In this document: one piece after another, positions 17,423 through 28,518 of the stretch
Position numbering within the stretch: the stretch's first letter is position 1
Layout of the letters: every line of letters begins with the position of its first letter
From: Staphylococcus succinus
GTDB taxonomy: Bacteria > Bacillota > Bacilli > Staphylococcales > Staphylococcaceae
Direction: 5' to 3'
DNA length: 40,000 nucleotides
Assembly (NCBI RefSeq): GCF_029024945.1
Contig: NZ_CP118976.1
Location: 2,191,624-2,231,623 of the forward strand
Translations under genes and position numbers: made by a program
Notes under the pieces: model-generated
The model's input: only the letters and a program-made list of their open reading frames with translations
Told to the model about the DNA's origin: nothing
Database searches by the model: none

Positions 17423-18652
17423 TTACCAAGCAAATAATCCTACAAAACCAGCTGTCATTAATGATACAAGAATACCTGATAACAGTAACATTGGAACATA
17501 TTGAGATACGAAGTCCGAAGTTTTTTTATCAACTATGCCTTTTAATGTTCCAACAATCATTCCTATTGTAGAGAAGTTTGCGAACGAAATTAAGAATGTC
17601 GTCAGTACTGCACGTCTATGAGGCGAATAAGAATCAATTACATCTTTAATTTGACCCATTACTACAAATTCGTTTGTAACGATTTTCTTAGCCATTTGTT
17701 GAGCAACTATCCACGCTTCATCCCACGGTAAACCTAACAATAAAGCAAATGGATACATGAATACACCTAAGATTTGATCTAAACCAAAACTTCCTTTGAT
17801 TCCTATCCAACCAGCTGCAATACTTGTAATTAAGTTAATGATTCGATCGATTAAATCAGATAATGCTACAAAACTAATAACAAATGCAACAATAATTAAA
17901 ATTAATTTACCTGCATTTAGTACTGAGTCTCCCAAGAATGAGAAGAACGGCTGACGCTCTACTTCATTATTTTGAATACTATAAATAATATCTTCTTTTT
18001 CCTTTAATGTAACAGGATTTAATATCGAAGTTATGATAATAGCATTAATAATATTTAATGGAATCGCAGTTAATACCAAATCTCCAGGAACCATAGAAAC
18101 GTATGCACCTACAATTGCGCCTGATACAGAACTCATAGACATCATGGCTACAGTTAATACACGCGTTTCTTTCATACGTTTTAACTGTTCATTAGACACT
18201 GCTAAAGCTTCTGTATTTCCTAAGAACATCATTTCAATACCAAAGAATGACTCAAATTTAGGTTGGCGTGTGATTTTTGCTAGAACCCAACCAATACCGC
18301 CTATAACTTTAGGTAATATATTTAAATACATCAAAATATCAAATAATGGTACTACTAATAGTATTGGAAATAACGCGCTTACTGCCATATCCATTGCACC
18401 AGGTTTAACCCAACTTGCAAACGCAAATCCAGTACCTGCGTGTGCAGAATCAATCATCCAAGAAATACCATTCGCTAATCCTTGTACGCCGCTTTTCCCC
18501 CAAGGAAAATAAATTAAGAACCACGCTAAACATAAGTTTAAAATGACAAGTATTCCAATAGATGTCCACTGTATGTTTTTTCTATTTCTAGAAAACAATA
18601 CGGCAATCCCTAAGAACACAAATAAACCAATTATGTTAATTACTAAAAACAT
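17423..18652 (-). CDS. nupC: Concentrative nucleoside transporter (CNT/NupC family)
   Basis: 409-aa polytopic protein with the typical NupC N-terminus and conserved blocks (GFAFASWV, GNTEA, FANFSTIG). Confidence 0.9.
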   Translation of the reverse strand: MFLVINIIGLFVFLGIAVLFSRNRKNIQWTSIGILVILNLCLAWFLIYFPWGKSGVQGLANGISWMIDSAHAGTGFAFASWVKPGAMDMAVSALFPILLVVPLFDILMYLNILPKVIGGIGWVLAKITRQPKFESFFGIEMMFLGNTEALAVSNEQLKRMKETRVLTVAMMSMSSVSGAIVGAYVSMVPGDLVLTAIPLNIINAIIITSILNPVTLKEKEDIIYSIQNNEVERQPFFSFLGDSVLNAGKLILIIVAFVISFVALSDLIDRIINLITSIAAGWIGIKGSFGLDQILGVFMYPFALLLGLPWDEAWIVAQQMAKKIVTNEFVVMGQIKDVIDSYSPHRRAVLTTFLISFANFSTIGMIVGTLKGIVDKKTSDFVSQYVPMLLLSGILVSLMTAGFVGLFAW

Positions 18653-19034
18653 AATACACCCACCATTTCTATTTTATATCAAGGACAGCAAAGAATTTTT
18701 GAAAATAATTCGTCGTTATGTATTAGAAAAGTTAAGATAAACACATAGTCAATCCAAAATAACTTGAACTCATTCCTAAACCATAGTTAATATGCGCACC
18801 TTAACCCTTCTATCTATTTAAATAAATATAATTTACAAATATTAATGACCACACTTCTCATCCAATGCTTCTTTGAATAATTCACAATAATTATAGCATG
18901 TATGTACTTTAGTGAAAATAACTATTTCAAAGTTCGATTAACAATCTAAAGTAACCTAAAAAAAACATTTAACATACGTGTTTTAGGGTGAAACCGAATA
19001 CATTTATGATCTATTTATTTGTAATTACCATTTT

Positions 19035-20753
19035 TTAGTCTGCTAAGTTTTGAGTATTTACAAATTGTTGATATTTTTTGTGTGATGCCATTAATTCTTG
19101 ATGCGTACCTTTCCCAGTGACTTCTCCACCATCTATAAAGATAATTTGTTCTGCCTTTTTAATAGTCGAAAGTCTGTGCGCAATAACCACGGTTGTACGA
19201 TTTTCCATTAATTCCTCTAATGCGTCTTGAATTTTACGTTCACTTTCACTATCTAAATTTGCTGTTGCTTCGTCGAGCAATAAAATATCTGGATTTTTAA
19301 CAAAACTTCGTGCAATATCTATACGTTGACGCTGACCACCTGACAGCTTCAATCCTCTCTCGCCGACGAGGGTATCATAGCCATCGTCAAACTGTTCAAT
19401 AAATTCATGACAATTCGCTAAACGTGCATAATGGATTAATGCTTCATCCGTTACCTCTCGATTAATACCATACAAAATATTATCTCTAATCGTACCATTC
19501 ATTAAAGCGTTAGATTGCATAACATAGCCAATTTTTTCACGCCAATCTACTAAAGATATGTCGTATATCGATTTATCACCATAAGATATATCCCCTTTTT
19601 CAATATCATACATTCGTTCAATAATATTAAATATTGTACTCTTACCTGACCCTGACGGACCTACAAATGCAGTCACCTTACTGTGTGGAATATTAAAAGA
19701 TACATCTTTTAATATAGGTTTAACATCATATTTAAAATCGACATTTTTAAAGGTTAAATCTCCATCTTTAATTACATCTTCTTGCGTTAAATATAATGGT
19801 TCTGTTGGCTCTTCCATAATTTCATATATACGACTACTCGCTCCTACAGCCTTTTTATAATCAGTAACTAATGTCGATAAGTTGATTAATGGCGTAGACA
19901 ATTGAATAACATAGAAAATCATGGCAATTAATGTACCTGCCGTAATAGCACCCGTCGATATTCTAATCGCACCAAAACCTAATATAATAGCAATAGTTAA
20001 TAACATAATCAAACCAGAAATCGGCTGAATAATTGCAGTAATTTTTGCTTGTTTTAAACCTAAAAAATAGATTTCTTTTAAGTTTTTATGTGCATTATCT
20101 AACTCTAAATGTTCTGTACTTGATATTTTTACTAAACGCATCTCTGTCAATACACGACCGAGCAAACCACTAAAATTAGCAATTTCTGCCTGAGTTTTTT
20201 TAGATATATTTTGCATCACTTTACCTAATGGAATCATGATTAACACAAAAATTGGAATAGTAATGAAGGTCAGTAATGTCATTTTCCAATCCATCACAAA
20301 TAACATAATTAAAGAACCTATAATTGTTAAAATAGAAGGTAATAAGTTCGGTAACTTTTGGGATATAAATTCGTTAATGACTTTAGTATCGTCTGTTAAA
20401 CGACTCATTAATTGTCCACTTTCGTTTTGATCGAAAAATGGCATTTTCAAATGAATAATATGTTTCCATAAAATCGAACGAATCGCATATATTATTTTTT
20501 CACCAATCTTACTTAATAAATATAACCCTAGACCGCTCAATAAAGCATTCAATATAAATATTGCTATAAATGCAACTACAAAACCCCAATTAAAATTTTC
20601 GAAGGAAAACTTATCTACAAGTTTACCCGTGAAAAATGGTACGACTAGTCCTGTAATACTCCCTAAAGATGAAATGAGCACAGCAATAACTATAAGCCCA
20701 GTCGGCCATGATAATCTTTTAAACAAATAAAATAATGGATTTTTTTGATTCAT
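19035..20753 (-). CDS. abcA: Fused permease-ATPase ABC exporter (AbcA-like, type I exporter)
   Basis: Six-TM N-terminal domain. NBD with Walker A GPSGSGKST, signature LSGGQRQR and Walker B LLLDEATANLD. It is divergent from pbp4, as in S. aureus. Confidence 0.85.
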   Translation of the reverse strand: MNQKNPLFYLFKRLSWPTGLIVIAVLISSLGSITGLVVPFFTGKLVDKFSFENFNWGFVVAFIAIFILNALLSGLGLYLLSKIGEKIIYAIRSILWKHIIHLKMPFFDQNESGQLMSRLTDDTKVINEFISQKLPNLLPSILTIIGSLIMLFVMDWKMTLLTFITIPIFVLIMIPLGKVMQNISKKTQAEIANFSGLLGRVLTEMRLVKISSTEHLELDNAHKNLKEIYFLGLKQAKITAIIQPISGLIMLLTIAIILGFGAIRISTGAITAGTLIAMIFYVIQLSTPLINLSTLVTDYKKAVGASSRIYEIMEEPTEPLYLTQEDVIKDGDLTFKNVDFKYDVKPILKDVSFNIPHSKVTAFVGPSGSGKSTIFNIIERMYDIEKGDISYGDKSIYDISLVDWREKIGYVMQSNALMNGTIRDNILYGINREVTDEALIHYARLANCHEFIEQFDDGYDTLVGERGLKLSGGQRQRIDIARSFVKNPDILLLDEATANLDSESERKIQDALEELMENRTTVVIAHRLSTIKKAEQIIFIDGGEVTGKGTHQELMASHKKYQQFVNTQNLAD

Positions 20754-20993
20754 GTCTGATACCTCTTCTAAAATATTTTCAAAAATCTTTACTCTGCTTT
20801 AAAAAGCAGTTAAACGATATATTAATTAAATTTTCCACTTAAATATTTATTATATATTCTTACTACTTATATATAACATATTTTACACAACATTATACAT
20901 CATAAGCTAGATATAAAATTTTTAAATAGTACTTCAATATGCTAAAATAAATCTATTATACAAAAAATTGAATATGTAAGAAGGAATGTAATT

Positions 20994-22286
20994 ATGAAAA
21001 AGTTAGTTCTGACAATTGTAACTGCACTCTTTGCCAGTACAATTATAACACCTTTTGCAGATGCCGAAACAGTAACGCCTACTCAAGCAGCAAATCAATA
21101 TGGTTATAATGTATCTGACAACTATCAGCCTGAGGGCGCAGTTAACATTGCACAATCGGGACAAGTTCTTTATCAATATAATATGAATAAAGAATGGTAT
21201 CCCGCATCAATGACCAAGCTGATGACGATGTACCTAACACTTGAAGCTATTAAAAAGGGAGATTTGTCCTTAAACGATAAAGTTACTATTACAGATGACC
21301 ATTATCGTATGTCTACCCTACCAGAATTAAGCAATACAAAATTATATCCTGGGGAAACTTATACTATTAAAGAATTGCTACAAATTACTGTTTCAGCTTC
21401 TAGTAATGCCGCTGCTTTAATTTTAGCAAATGAAGTATCTGGGAATACTTCTGACTTTACTGATAAGATGAACGAGAAAGCTAAGTCTATAGGTATGAAA
21501 GATACACACTTCGTTAACCCTACTGGTGCTGAAAATAAACAATTGAAAGATTTCGTGCCAAAGAAATACCAAGCTGAGGATAGTACAACATCTACAGCAA
21601 AAGATTTCGATATTTTAGCACAACGCACGATTAAAGATACACCTAAAATTTTATATTTCACTAAGCAACTTGCTCCAACCCAACACGGTGTAACTTATTA
21701 CACCTTCAACCATTCACTTGAAGGTGCAGACATGAGTCTAAAAGGGACTGATGGTTTGAAGACTGGCTCAAGTGATCAAGCAGACTATAATCATACAATT
21801 ACTACTAAGCGTGATGGGTTTAGAATTGTTCAAACCATTATGGGAGCAGGCAATTATGATAATCTCGGTGGAGAAAAACAACGTAATATGATGGGAAATG
21901 CATTAATGAATATGTCCTTTGATCAGTACAAATATCAAAAGATATTAGCTAAAGGAGAACATAAGATTAATGGTCATACGTATTTTGTAGAGAAAGACTT
22001 TTACGATGTCCTCCCACGCGACTTCACCAAAAAAGATTACAAATTTGTTGTAGAGGACGGTAAAGTACATATTGAATACGACCGTGACTTTATTTCTAGT
22101 AAATATGGCCCTCCATCTGTAGATGTTAATAAGCCGCTTGTACACAAAGCGACAACAATTGTAAAATCTTCATGGGATGAGCATCCATTATTAACATTAA
22201 TAGGAACATTGTTTATCATTGCAGCACTCGCTATTATAATTTTTTTAATCATCGATATGGTTAAAAAAAGAAAAAAGAAAAAGTAA
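20994..22286 (+). CDS. pbp4: Low-molecular-weight penicillin-binding protein 4 (DD-carboxypeptidase/transpeptidase)
   Basis: Signal peptide, SMTK (SxxK), SSN (SxN) and KTG motifs, a C-terminal TM anchor and a KKRKKKK tail. Confidence 0.9.
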   Translation: MKKLVLTIVTALFASTIITPFADAETVTPTQAANQYGYNVSDNYQPEGAVNIAQSGQVLYQYNMNKEWYPASMTKLMTMYLTLEAIKKGDLSLNDKVTITDDHYRMSTLPELSNTKLYPGETYTIKELLQITVSASSNAAALILANEVSGNTSDFTDKMNEKAKSIGMKDTHFVNPTGAENKQLKDFVPKKYQAEDSTTSTAKDFDILAQRTIKDTPKILYFTKQLAPTQHGVTYYTFNHSLEGADMSLKGTDGLKTGSSDQADYNHTITTKRDGFRIVQTIMGAGNYDNLGGEKQRNMMGNALMNMSFDQYKYQKILAKGEHKINGHTYFVEKDFYDVLPRDFTKKDYKFVVEDGKVHIEYDRDFISSKYGPPSVDVNKPLVHKATTIVKSSWDEHPLLTLIGTLFIIAALAIIIFLIIDMVKKRKKKK

Positions 22287-22369
22287 ACAGAAACCTTCAC
22301 TCTAGTTCATCATTAAAATAAGCTACGTCTCACAACAAGCAAAACACGCTAATATATAATCATCTTCAA

Positions 22370-22405
22370 AATAAAAGTACACCTCTATTTAAAATAGAGG
22401 TGTAC
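22370..22405 (+). terminator. Rho-independent terminator of pbp4
   Basis: GTACACCTCTAT-TTAAA-ATAGAGGTGTAC followed by T7. Confidence 0.8.
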
Positions 22406-22528
22406 TTTTTTATGCTTGAAATTTCACAATTTTGAACATTCTTATTTGTTTAAGTATAACTTTGATGGTGCAATGCCTCACTCATATCGTTCTCTAACTT
22501 AACAATACATTATACATTCTATGTGATT

Positions 22529-22574
22529 AAAAAAAAGACGCACGATATACTGTAAGTTCGAATATCATGCGTCT
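22529..22574 (-). terminator. Terminator of the tarD transcription unit
   Basis: The minus strand reads AGACGCATGATAT-loop-ATATCGTGCGTCT followed by T8. Confidence 0.7.
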
Positions 22575-22647
22575 ACTAAACCTTTAAGATTTATATCATA
22601 TTTTTCATTTAAAGCTACTCATTTTACTATTCAAAAAAGAATAATCT

Positions 22648-23046
22648 TTATTTTTCTGAATCGCCATAAAGTTCTTTTTTAATTTTAGTTGTAGAAATAC
22701 CTTCTGTACGATTTAAATAAGTAACTTCGCATTTATCTTTTAAGAAGTCAAACTCACCTTCCCAATCATGGCCCATAACAAATTTATCTATTTCAAAACG
22801 TTCAACATCTATTTCTTTTTGTCCCCATCCGCTTTCTGGAATAACAAGGTCAACATAACGAATAGACTCTAACATCATTTTTCGTTGTTCATAATTATAA
22901 TAAGATTTCTTATTTTTAACACGGTTAAATTCATCTGTAGAAAGTGCAACGACTAAATAATCGCCCATCTCTCTTGCTCTTCTTAATAATTCAATGTGAC
23001 CGTAATGTAATAAATCATACGTTCCATAAGTAATAACACGTTTCAT
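22648..23046 (-). CDS. tarD: Glycerol-3-phosphate cytidylyltransferase
   Basis: 132 aa with the HxGH motif (TYDLLHYGH) and an RTEGISTT C-terminal motif. Confidence 0.9.
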   Translation of the reverse strand: MKRVITYGTYDLLHYGHIELLRRAREMGDYLVVALSTDEFNRVKNKKSYYNYEQRKMMLESIRYVDLVIPESGWGQKEIDVERFEIDKFVMGHDWEGEFDFLKDKCEVTYLNRTEGISTTKIKKELYGDSEK

Positions 23047-23138
23047 TTTTATTTACTCCTTAACAAAAATTTTATTTTAATTTTACATTTTTAAAAATTA
23101 TAGCATATTGATACAAAGTTTACGAATTCTGCAAAAAT

Positions 23139-24197
23139 TCATCGTTTCAAATACTGCTTCAATTTCATTTTTCCTCTAAATTTTGCACGCCTCGGTAATA
23201 TTTCCACTTTAAAACGATAATAGCTAGGTCTGCCTATACCCACGCTCAATAACGCTTCTCTCCATTGAGTGTAAAGTGATTTAGTCCAGTTGCTACCTCC
23301 ACGTTCAAGGACACTCACAATTCTAAACAGCGCCTCACCAGAATAATCTGTTGATTGCATTGTTTTTATATATGTGATTACCGTTTGCAATAATTGTTGT
23401 GTAATTGCCTTGTGTTTCATCAAATGTGCTTGTAACAAATAACTGACAATTAATTCATCCATACGGTAGCTATAGTATATTCGTTCTTCAGGCAACAATA
23501 AAGTCTCCATAACACGAGCCCTTACATTTATTGCATCTCTTATATAAATTTCAAATTGCTCTGCACGTTGATCGGTAACAGAGCCTTCAACTTCATTGTA
23601 ACCATAAACAATATTCGGTAAAAGTTGTATGTCCCTTGCTTTTTTATACGCTTGAATCATAAACTGATGTTCTTCACAAAATACAATGTCTTCATCAAAT
23701 CGTATATCAACGTATTTATTACTAAACATTTTACCGCCCGGACCGATGGACTGCATGATTTCTGGACATTGCGCTAAACTTACTTTTTCTTGCTTTTGTA
23801 TAGCCTGGTGTGTTGCAATGGTCTGCCATTCACCATTATTTTCTCTAGCTATTTGGCCAATAACGATGTCAACATGCTCATCCTGTTGATAATAATCTGC
23901 CATAAAATCAATACGACTTGGTAAAAACTCATCATCTGCATCTAAGAACATAAATACATCACCGGTCATACATGATAATCCTTTATTTCTACTTGCTGCA
24001 GCTCCTTGATTTTCTTGATTTATACAGACAATATTCTTATATTCTTTTTGCAACTGTTCTAGAAGCATTGCACTCTCATCAGTAGAGCCATCATTAATAC
24101 ATATAATTTCGTATTGATGTTTGGTATCTACTGAAGCAATAGCTCTACGCAACGTATGTGCTGCATTATATACAGGAATTATTATTGATATTTTCAT
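23139..24197 (-). CDS. Family-2 glycosyltransferase (TagX-like) within the teichoic acid cluster
   Basis: GT-A fold start ISIIIPVYNA and a DxD region (FLDADDEF). It overlaps tarB by 4 nt. Confidence 0.75.
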   Translation of the reverse strand: MKISIIIPVYNAAHTLRRAIASVDTKHQYEIICINDGSTDESAMLLEQLQKEYKNIVCINQENQGAAASRNKGLSCMTGDVFMFLDADDEFLPSRIDFMADYYQQDEHVDIVIGQIARENNGEWQTIATHQAIQKQEKVSLAQCPEIMQSIGPGGKMFSNKYVDIRFDEDIVFCEEHQFMIQAYKKARDIQLLPNIVYGYNEVEGSVTDQRAEQFEIYIRDAINVRARVMETLLLPEERIYYSYRMDELIVSYLLQAHLMKHKAITQQLLQTVITYIKTMQSTDYSGEALFRIVSVLERGGSNWTKSLYTQWREALLSVGIGRPSYYRFKVEILPRRAKFRGKMKLKQYLKR

Positions 24198-25300
24198 ACT
24201 TTCACCATTTTCTCTATATAATTAACGACTTGTTCCAAACTATCTTTACTATTGTATTCATGCCACGACTTAAATAATGGCACTAAAGGTACTGAATCTT
24301 CTTTTAATTTTTCCACTAATTGCATTTCGTCATAAACTTTATATTGACTTGGAATGTCATTATAAAATTCATTTAAACCACGTTCTTTCTCGTACCGTTG
24401 TTCGTCATAAACATAAAATAATGTGGGTTTATTTAACAGACTCGCTTCTATCGCTAATGAACTATAATCGCTAATAATGATATCTGCCATAATCATTAAA
24501 GATTGTAAATCTATTTCTGTTTGATCATCACTTGCAATAGATGGATGTAGTTTATTCAATAAAGTATAATGAGGTAATTCTGATTCGAATCTCTCCTTAT
24601 CAATATCACGATTAGATTGTTGATGTTCTCGATACGTAGGGACATATATCGCGACTTTGCCCTCTATGCCATATTGAATTTTTAATTCTTGTTGTTTTTT
24701 TACAATATCTACAGTGCTATAAGGCACAAGTCTCGGCAAACCTGTTTTTAAGAATTGATCATCTGTTGCTTCAAAAGCATTTTTAAAGCAAGTGGCCATG
24801 GCATCTCCCCCAACTAAATAGTTATCCGTAGCTTGATACACTTTTCTATACTGATTAACCATATGTTTATTGGATAAATCAACTTGGTGATCTGTCAGCC
24901 CGAAATTTTTTAATGCGCCTGCAGCATGCCAAGTTTGGATAACGGTCTGATTCGTTTTCTTTTTAAAACCACCTAACATTAAATAATAAGTATCTATAAT
25001 CATTATTTTTGCTATACTTAAGGCCTTTATATGTTTGAAAACTTGTTTGTTTCCTGCAGGTATAAATGTTGCATTTTCAAATGGTTGAATATATCTTCTA
25101 TTTTCTTCTTTACTGATAACAGTAATTTGATAACCTTTTTTATTTAATGCTTCTATAATTGGTAGCACATCTTCTGCAAACGTCATGATCACAGCAATAT
25201 GATGGTCTTGTACTTTTTTTCTACTATAAATTAAATTTAAAAAACTAATAATAGTCATATAAAGTTTTTTAATTATTTGCCTCAAAATTTCCACCGCCAA
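24194..25300 (-). CDS. tarB: CDP-glycerol:glycerophosphate glycerophosphotransferase (TagB/TarB primase type)
   Basis: TagB/TagF-family C-terminal catalytic region (YVPTYRE..., ISDYSSLAIEA). The start is uncertain. The track uses TTG at 25300, and the first ATG (MTIISFLNL) is at 25258. Neither has a convincing SD. Confidence 0.8.
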   Translation of the reverse strand: MAVEILRQIIKKLYMTIISFLNLIYSRKKVQDHHIAVIMTFAEDVLPIIEALNKKGYQITVISKEENRRYIQPFENATFIPAGNKQVFKHIKALSIAKIMIIDTYYLMLGGFKKKTNQTVIQTWHAAGALKNFGLTDHQVDLSNKHMVNQYRKVYQATDNYLVGGDAMATCFKNAFEATDDQFLKTGLPRLVPYSTVDIVKKQQELKIQYGIEGKVAIYVPTYREHQQSNRDIDKERFESELPHYTLLNKLHPSIASDDQTEIDLQSLMIMADIIISDYSSLAIEASLLNKPTLFYVYDEQRYEKERGLNEFYNDIPSQYKVYDEMQLVEKLKEDSVPLVPLFKSWHEYNSKDSLEQVVNYIEKMVKV

Positions 25301-25354
25301 CTTGAATTATGAATTCCATTCCTTATATTATATCTATCTTATAGTTAAAATTAT

Positions 25355-25395
25355 AGAAAAATCCTTTAACGACTCTACACAAGTCATTAAAGGAT
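25355..25395 (-). terminator. Intra-cluster hairpin/terminator between tarG and tarB
   Basis: ATCCTTTAACGAC / GTCATTAAAGGAT stem with one mismatch, followed on the minus strand by TTTTTC and then a TATAAT. Confidence 0.5.
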
Positions 25396-25454
25396 ATCTA
25401 TATAATCATTTAAAATTCCATTCATCTATCTAACCAAGTAACTGATTATGCCTC

Positions 25455-26255
25455 TTACATAAAGTCTGCAAAATGATCTCTGTACCGCATGTGTAGGAAA
25501 GAACCTACCATAAATAATAGCAGTATAATACACAAGTTATAGCATGTTAGTTCCCAATGCGTAATAAAATACCATTCTTTATGTAACACTGCAGAGCGAT
25601 AAGCCTCTGCTAAATAGTATATTGGATTTAATTGCATTACATCTTTAACAATACCTTCTGGTGGTACAATTAAAATAGATGATGCGAAAAATACCATTCT
25701 CATTAAAGCCTGAATCGCCTGTTGTGTATCTTTAACTAATACACCTAAAGTAGATGTAAACAAAGCTATGGTTGTTGTGAGAATTAAAGCGAATGGCACA
25801 TAAAGCAATAACTGTAATGTATATATTGTTGGATAAAAACCTGATAACATACACAATAAAATGACCACTGCTAATAATGCAATGTGCCCATAGAACCTAC
25901 TCATAACGATATATGAAGGTATAATTGACAGTGGAAAGTTCATCTTAGCCACTTGATTATATTTCGTCGCTATCGCTTTGGTACCTTCTAAAACACCTTG
26001 GTTTACAAAGAACCACATACTAATACCTACAAGTAACCAATAAATAAATGGAACGCCGTCTACTGGACCATTATTTCTAATTCCTAAACCAAATACAAAC
26101 CAATAAACCATTATTTGTAATGCTGGGTTAATTAATTCCCACGCCATTCCCAAATAGTTATTCGTATTAGAAATTTTTAATTGGAACTGCGCTAACCTTT
26201 GAATAAGATAGAAATTTTTTAAATGCTCCTTCAAAACTACCCAAACTGCATTCAT
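25455..26255 (-). CDS. tarG: Wall teichoic acid ABC exporter permease (ABC-2 type)
   Basis: 266-aa, six-TM ABC-2 permease divergent from tarH. Confidence 0.9.
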   Translation of the reverse strand: MNAVWVVLKEHLKNFYLIQRLAQFQLKISNTNNYLGMAWELINPALQIMVYWFVFGLGIRNNGPVDGVPFIYWLLVGISMWFFVNQGVLEGTKAIATKYNQVAKMNFPLSIIPSYIVMSRFYGHIALLAVVILLCMLSGFYPTIYTLQLLLYVPFALILTTTIALFTSTLGVLVKDTQQAIQALMRMVFFASSILIVPPEGIVKDVMQLNPIYYLAEAYRSAVLHKEWYFITHWELTCYNLCIILLLFMVGSFLHMRYRDHFADFM

Positions 26256-26649
26256 TTAACTAAACCACACTTTCAATCGATTTGACTTTATCACTATTTT
26301 CTCATGACAATAAAGCATTCAAGTTTAATATACGACTTGTTCCCTATCATAACAACAATTCTTTACTTTCGTAAATTTCCACTATTAGATATGCTATGAA
26401 TATATTAATCTGTATACTAAAGATGAAAACAAAAGCTAGTGAAAACAAAATAAAAGTTGTTTTATTTTTTATATTTCCATTTATTTTATCTTTATAGTTG
26501 ATTTTACATCCTAAATTCAGTAAAATTTAACAACTGTATAAGAGTTAAAATCGTTAAATTGTACTCACTTACTTTACAATAGGTTAATAAATTTAACAAC
26601 TAATATAATATATAATATACTTGAAGTAACTGTAAATAAGGAAGGTTAA

Positions 26650-27447
<798 letters not shown>

Positions 27448-27482
27448 AAGTAAATTATCACATATAACTTATCAGATTGATT

Positions 27483-27526
27483 AAAAGCGTGAATTCCAGT
27501 TAGTACTAATTGGAATTCACGCTTTT
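27483..27526. terminator. Bidirectional terminator between convergent tarH and tarA
   Basis: AAAAGCGTGAATTCCA-loop-TGGAATTCACGCTTTT, a 16-bp perfect stem. Confidence 0.8.
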
Positions 27527-27531
27527 AATTT

Positions 27532-28278
27532 TTATTTTTTTATCGCTACTTTAATAACTTTAAAAACAAACTTAGGAATAGATTTTAATCTACCTAACCT
27601 TTTCCAATCTATAATCACTCGATAAATCCATTCTATATTTAAACGTCTGAATAGCATAGGCGCTCTTTTTTTAGTTCCGCTAAACACTTCTAGAGAGCCT
27701 CCAACGCCCATCAAAACAGTTTGATTAAAACACTCCGTATAACTTTCAATCCATTGTTCTTGTCTAGGATAGCCCATACCAACAAATATATAATCTGGTT
27801 TAAAAGATATCACTTGTTCCAACACCTCTTCATCTGAGAAATCAAAAAAGCCATGATGGAAATCAAAATTGATATTAGGGTACTTTTGTTCCAATCTTTG
27901 TTTCGCTTGTATGACAACATTATTTTCTGCACCTAATAAAAATACATTTTGTTGTTTATCGTTAGCAATTTCCAAACAGCTTTCCATCATTTCAATACCG
28001 GGAACACGTTCTTTAAGTGGTGTTCTCAATAATTTAGAGGCTTTAACAACACCTGTCCCGTCAGGAATAACATAATCAGCACGATTAATTAAATTACGAT
28101 ATTCATTATGCTCAGTAGCATAGTCTACGATTTCAGGATTAGCAGTAACGATAAATAAATTATCTTTTGCTTCTGATAAGAAAAATTGCTTAATATTTTC
28201 TTGCATATCGATTAAAGTGACATTATCAAAATATACTGATAAAATATCAACCTTGTTCAGCTTGTTGCTTTCTGTCAT
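27532..28278 (-). CDS. tarA: N-acetylglucosaminyldiphosphoundecaprenol N-acetyl-beta-D-mannosaminyltransferase (WecG/TagA/CpsF family)
   Basis: 248-aa protein with the family blocks VTANPEI, PDGTGVV and GMGYPRQEQW. Confidence 0.9.
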   Translation of the reverse strand: MTESNKLNKVDILSVYFDNVTLIDMQENIKQFFLSEAKDNLFIVTANPEIVDYATEHNEYRNLINRADYVIPDGTGVVKASKLLRTPLKERVPGIEMMESCLEIANDKQQNVFLLGAENNVVIQAKQRLEQKYPNINFDFHHGFFDFSDEEVLEQVISFKPDYIFVGMGYPRQEQWIESYTECFNQTVLMGVGGSLEVFSGTKKRAPMLFRRLNIEWIYRVIIDWKRLGRLKSIPKFVFKVIKVAIKK

Positions 28279-28518
28279 TATGCATATGCTCCTAACTCAA
28301 TATATCTTATAATTGATTAATCTTTATTTTAATTATTGTAATTTTAACACATGACCTGCTTAACACATATAAAAATGTAATGATTCAAGAGCGCTCAGAT
28401 AAAATATACATCCAAAGTCTAAATGCTTTCTCATCAACAATACTTTATACTAAAATATATGTTAAAAATTTAAAGCTAATGTATACATGCTTTTGAAAAT
28501 TTAAATCGAGGTTATACT

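Noticed and set aside
18033-18512. 159-aa plus-strand ORF inside nupC.
   Set aside because: It is a shadow ORF antisense to nupC, with no SD and no recognisable motif.
22039-22048. Exact GraR palindrome ACAAATTTGT.
   Set aside because: It lies inside the pbp4 coding region (codons for ..YKFVV..) near the 3' end, far from any promoter. An AT-rich 10-mer palindrome is plausibly a chance occurrence in 40 kb.
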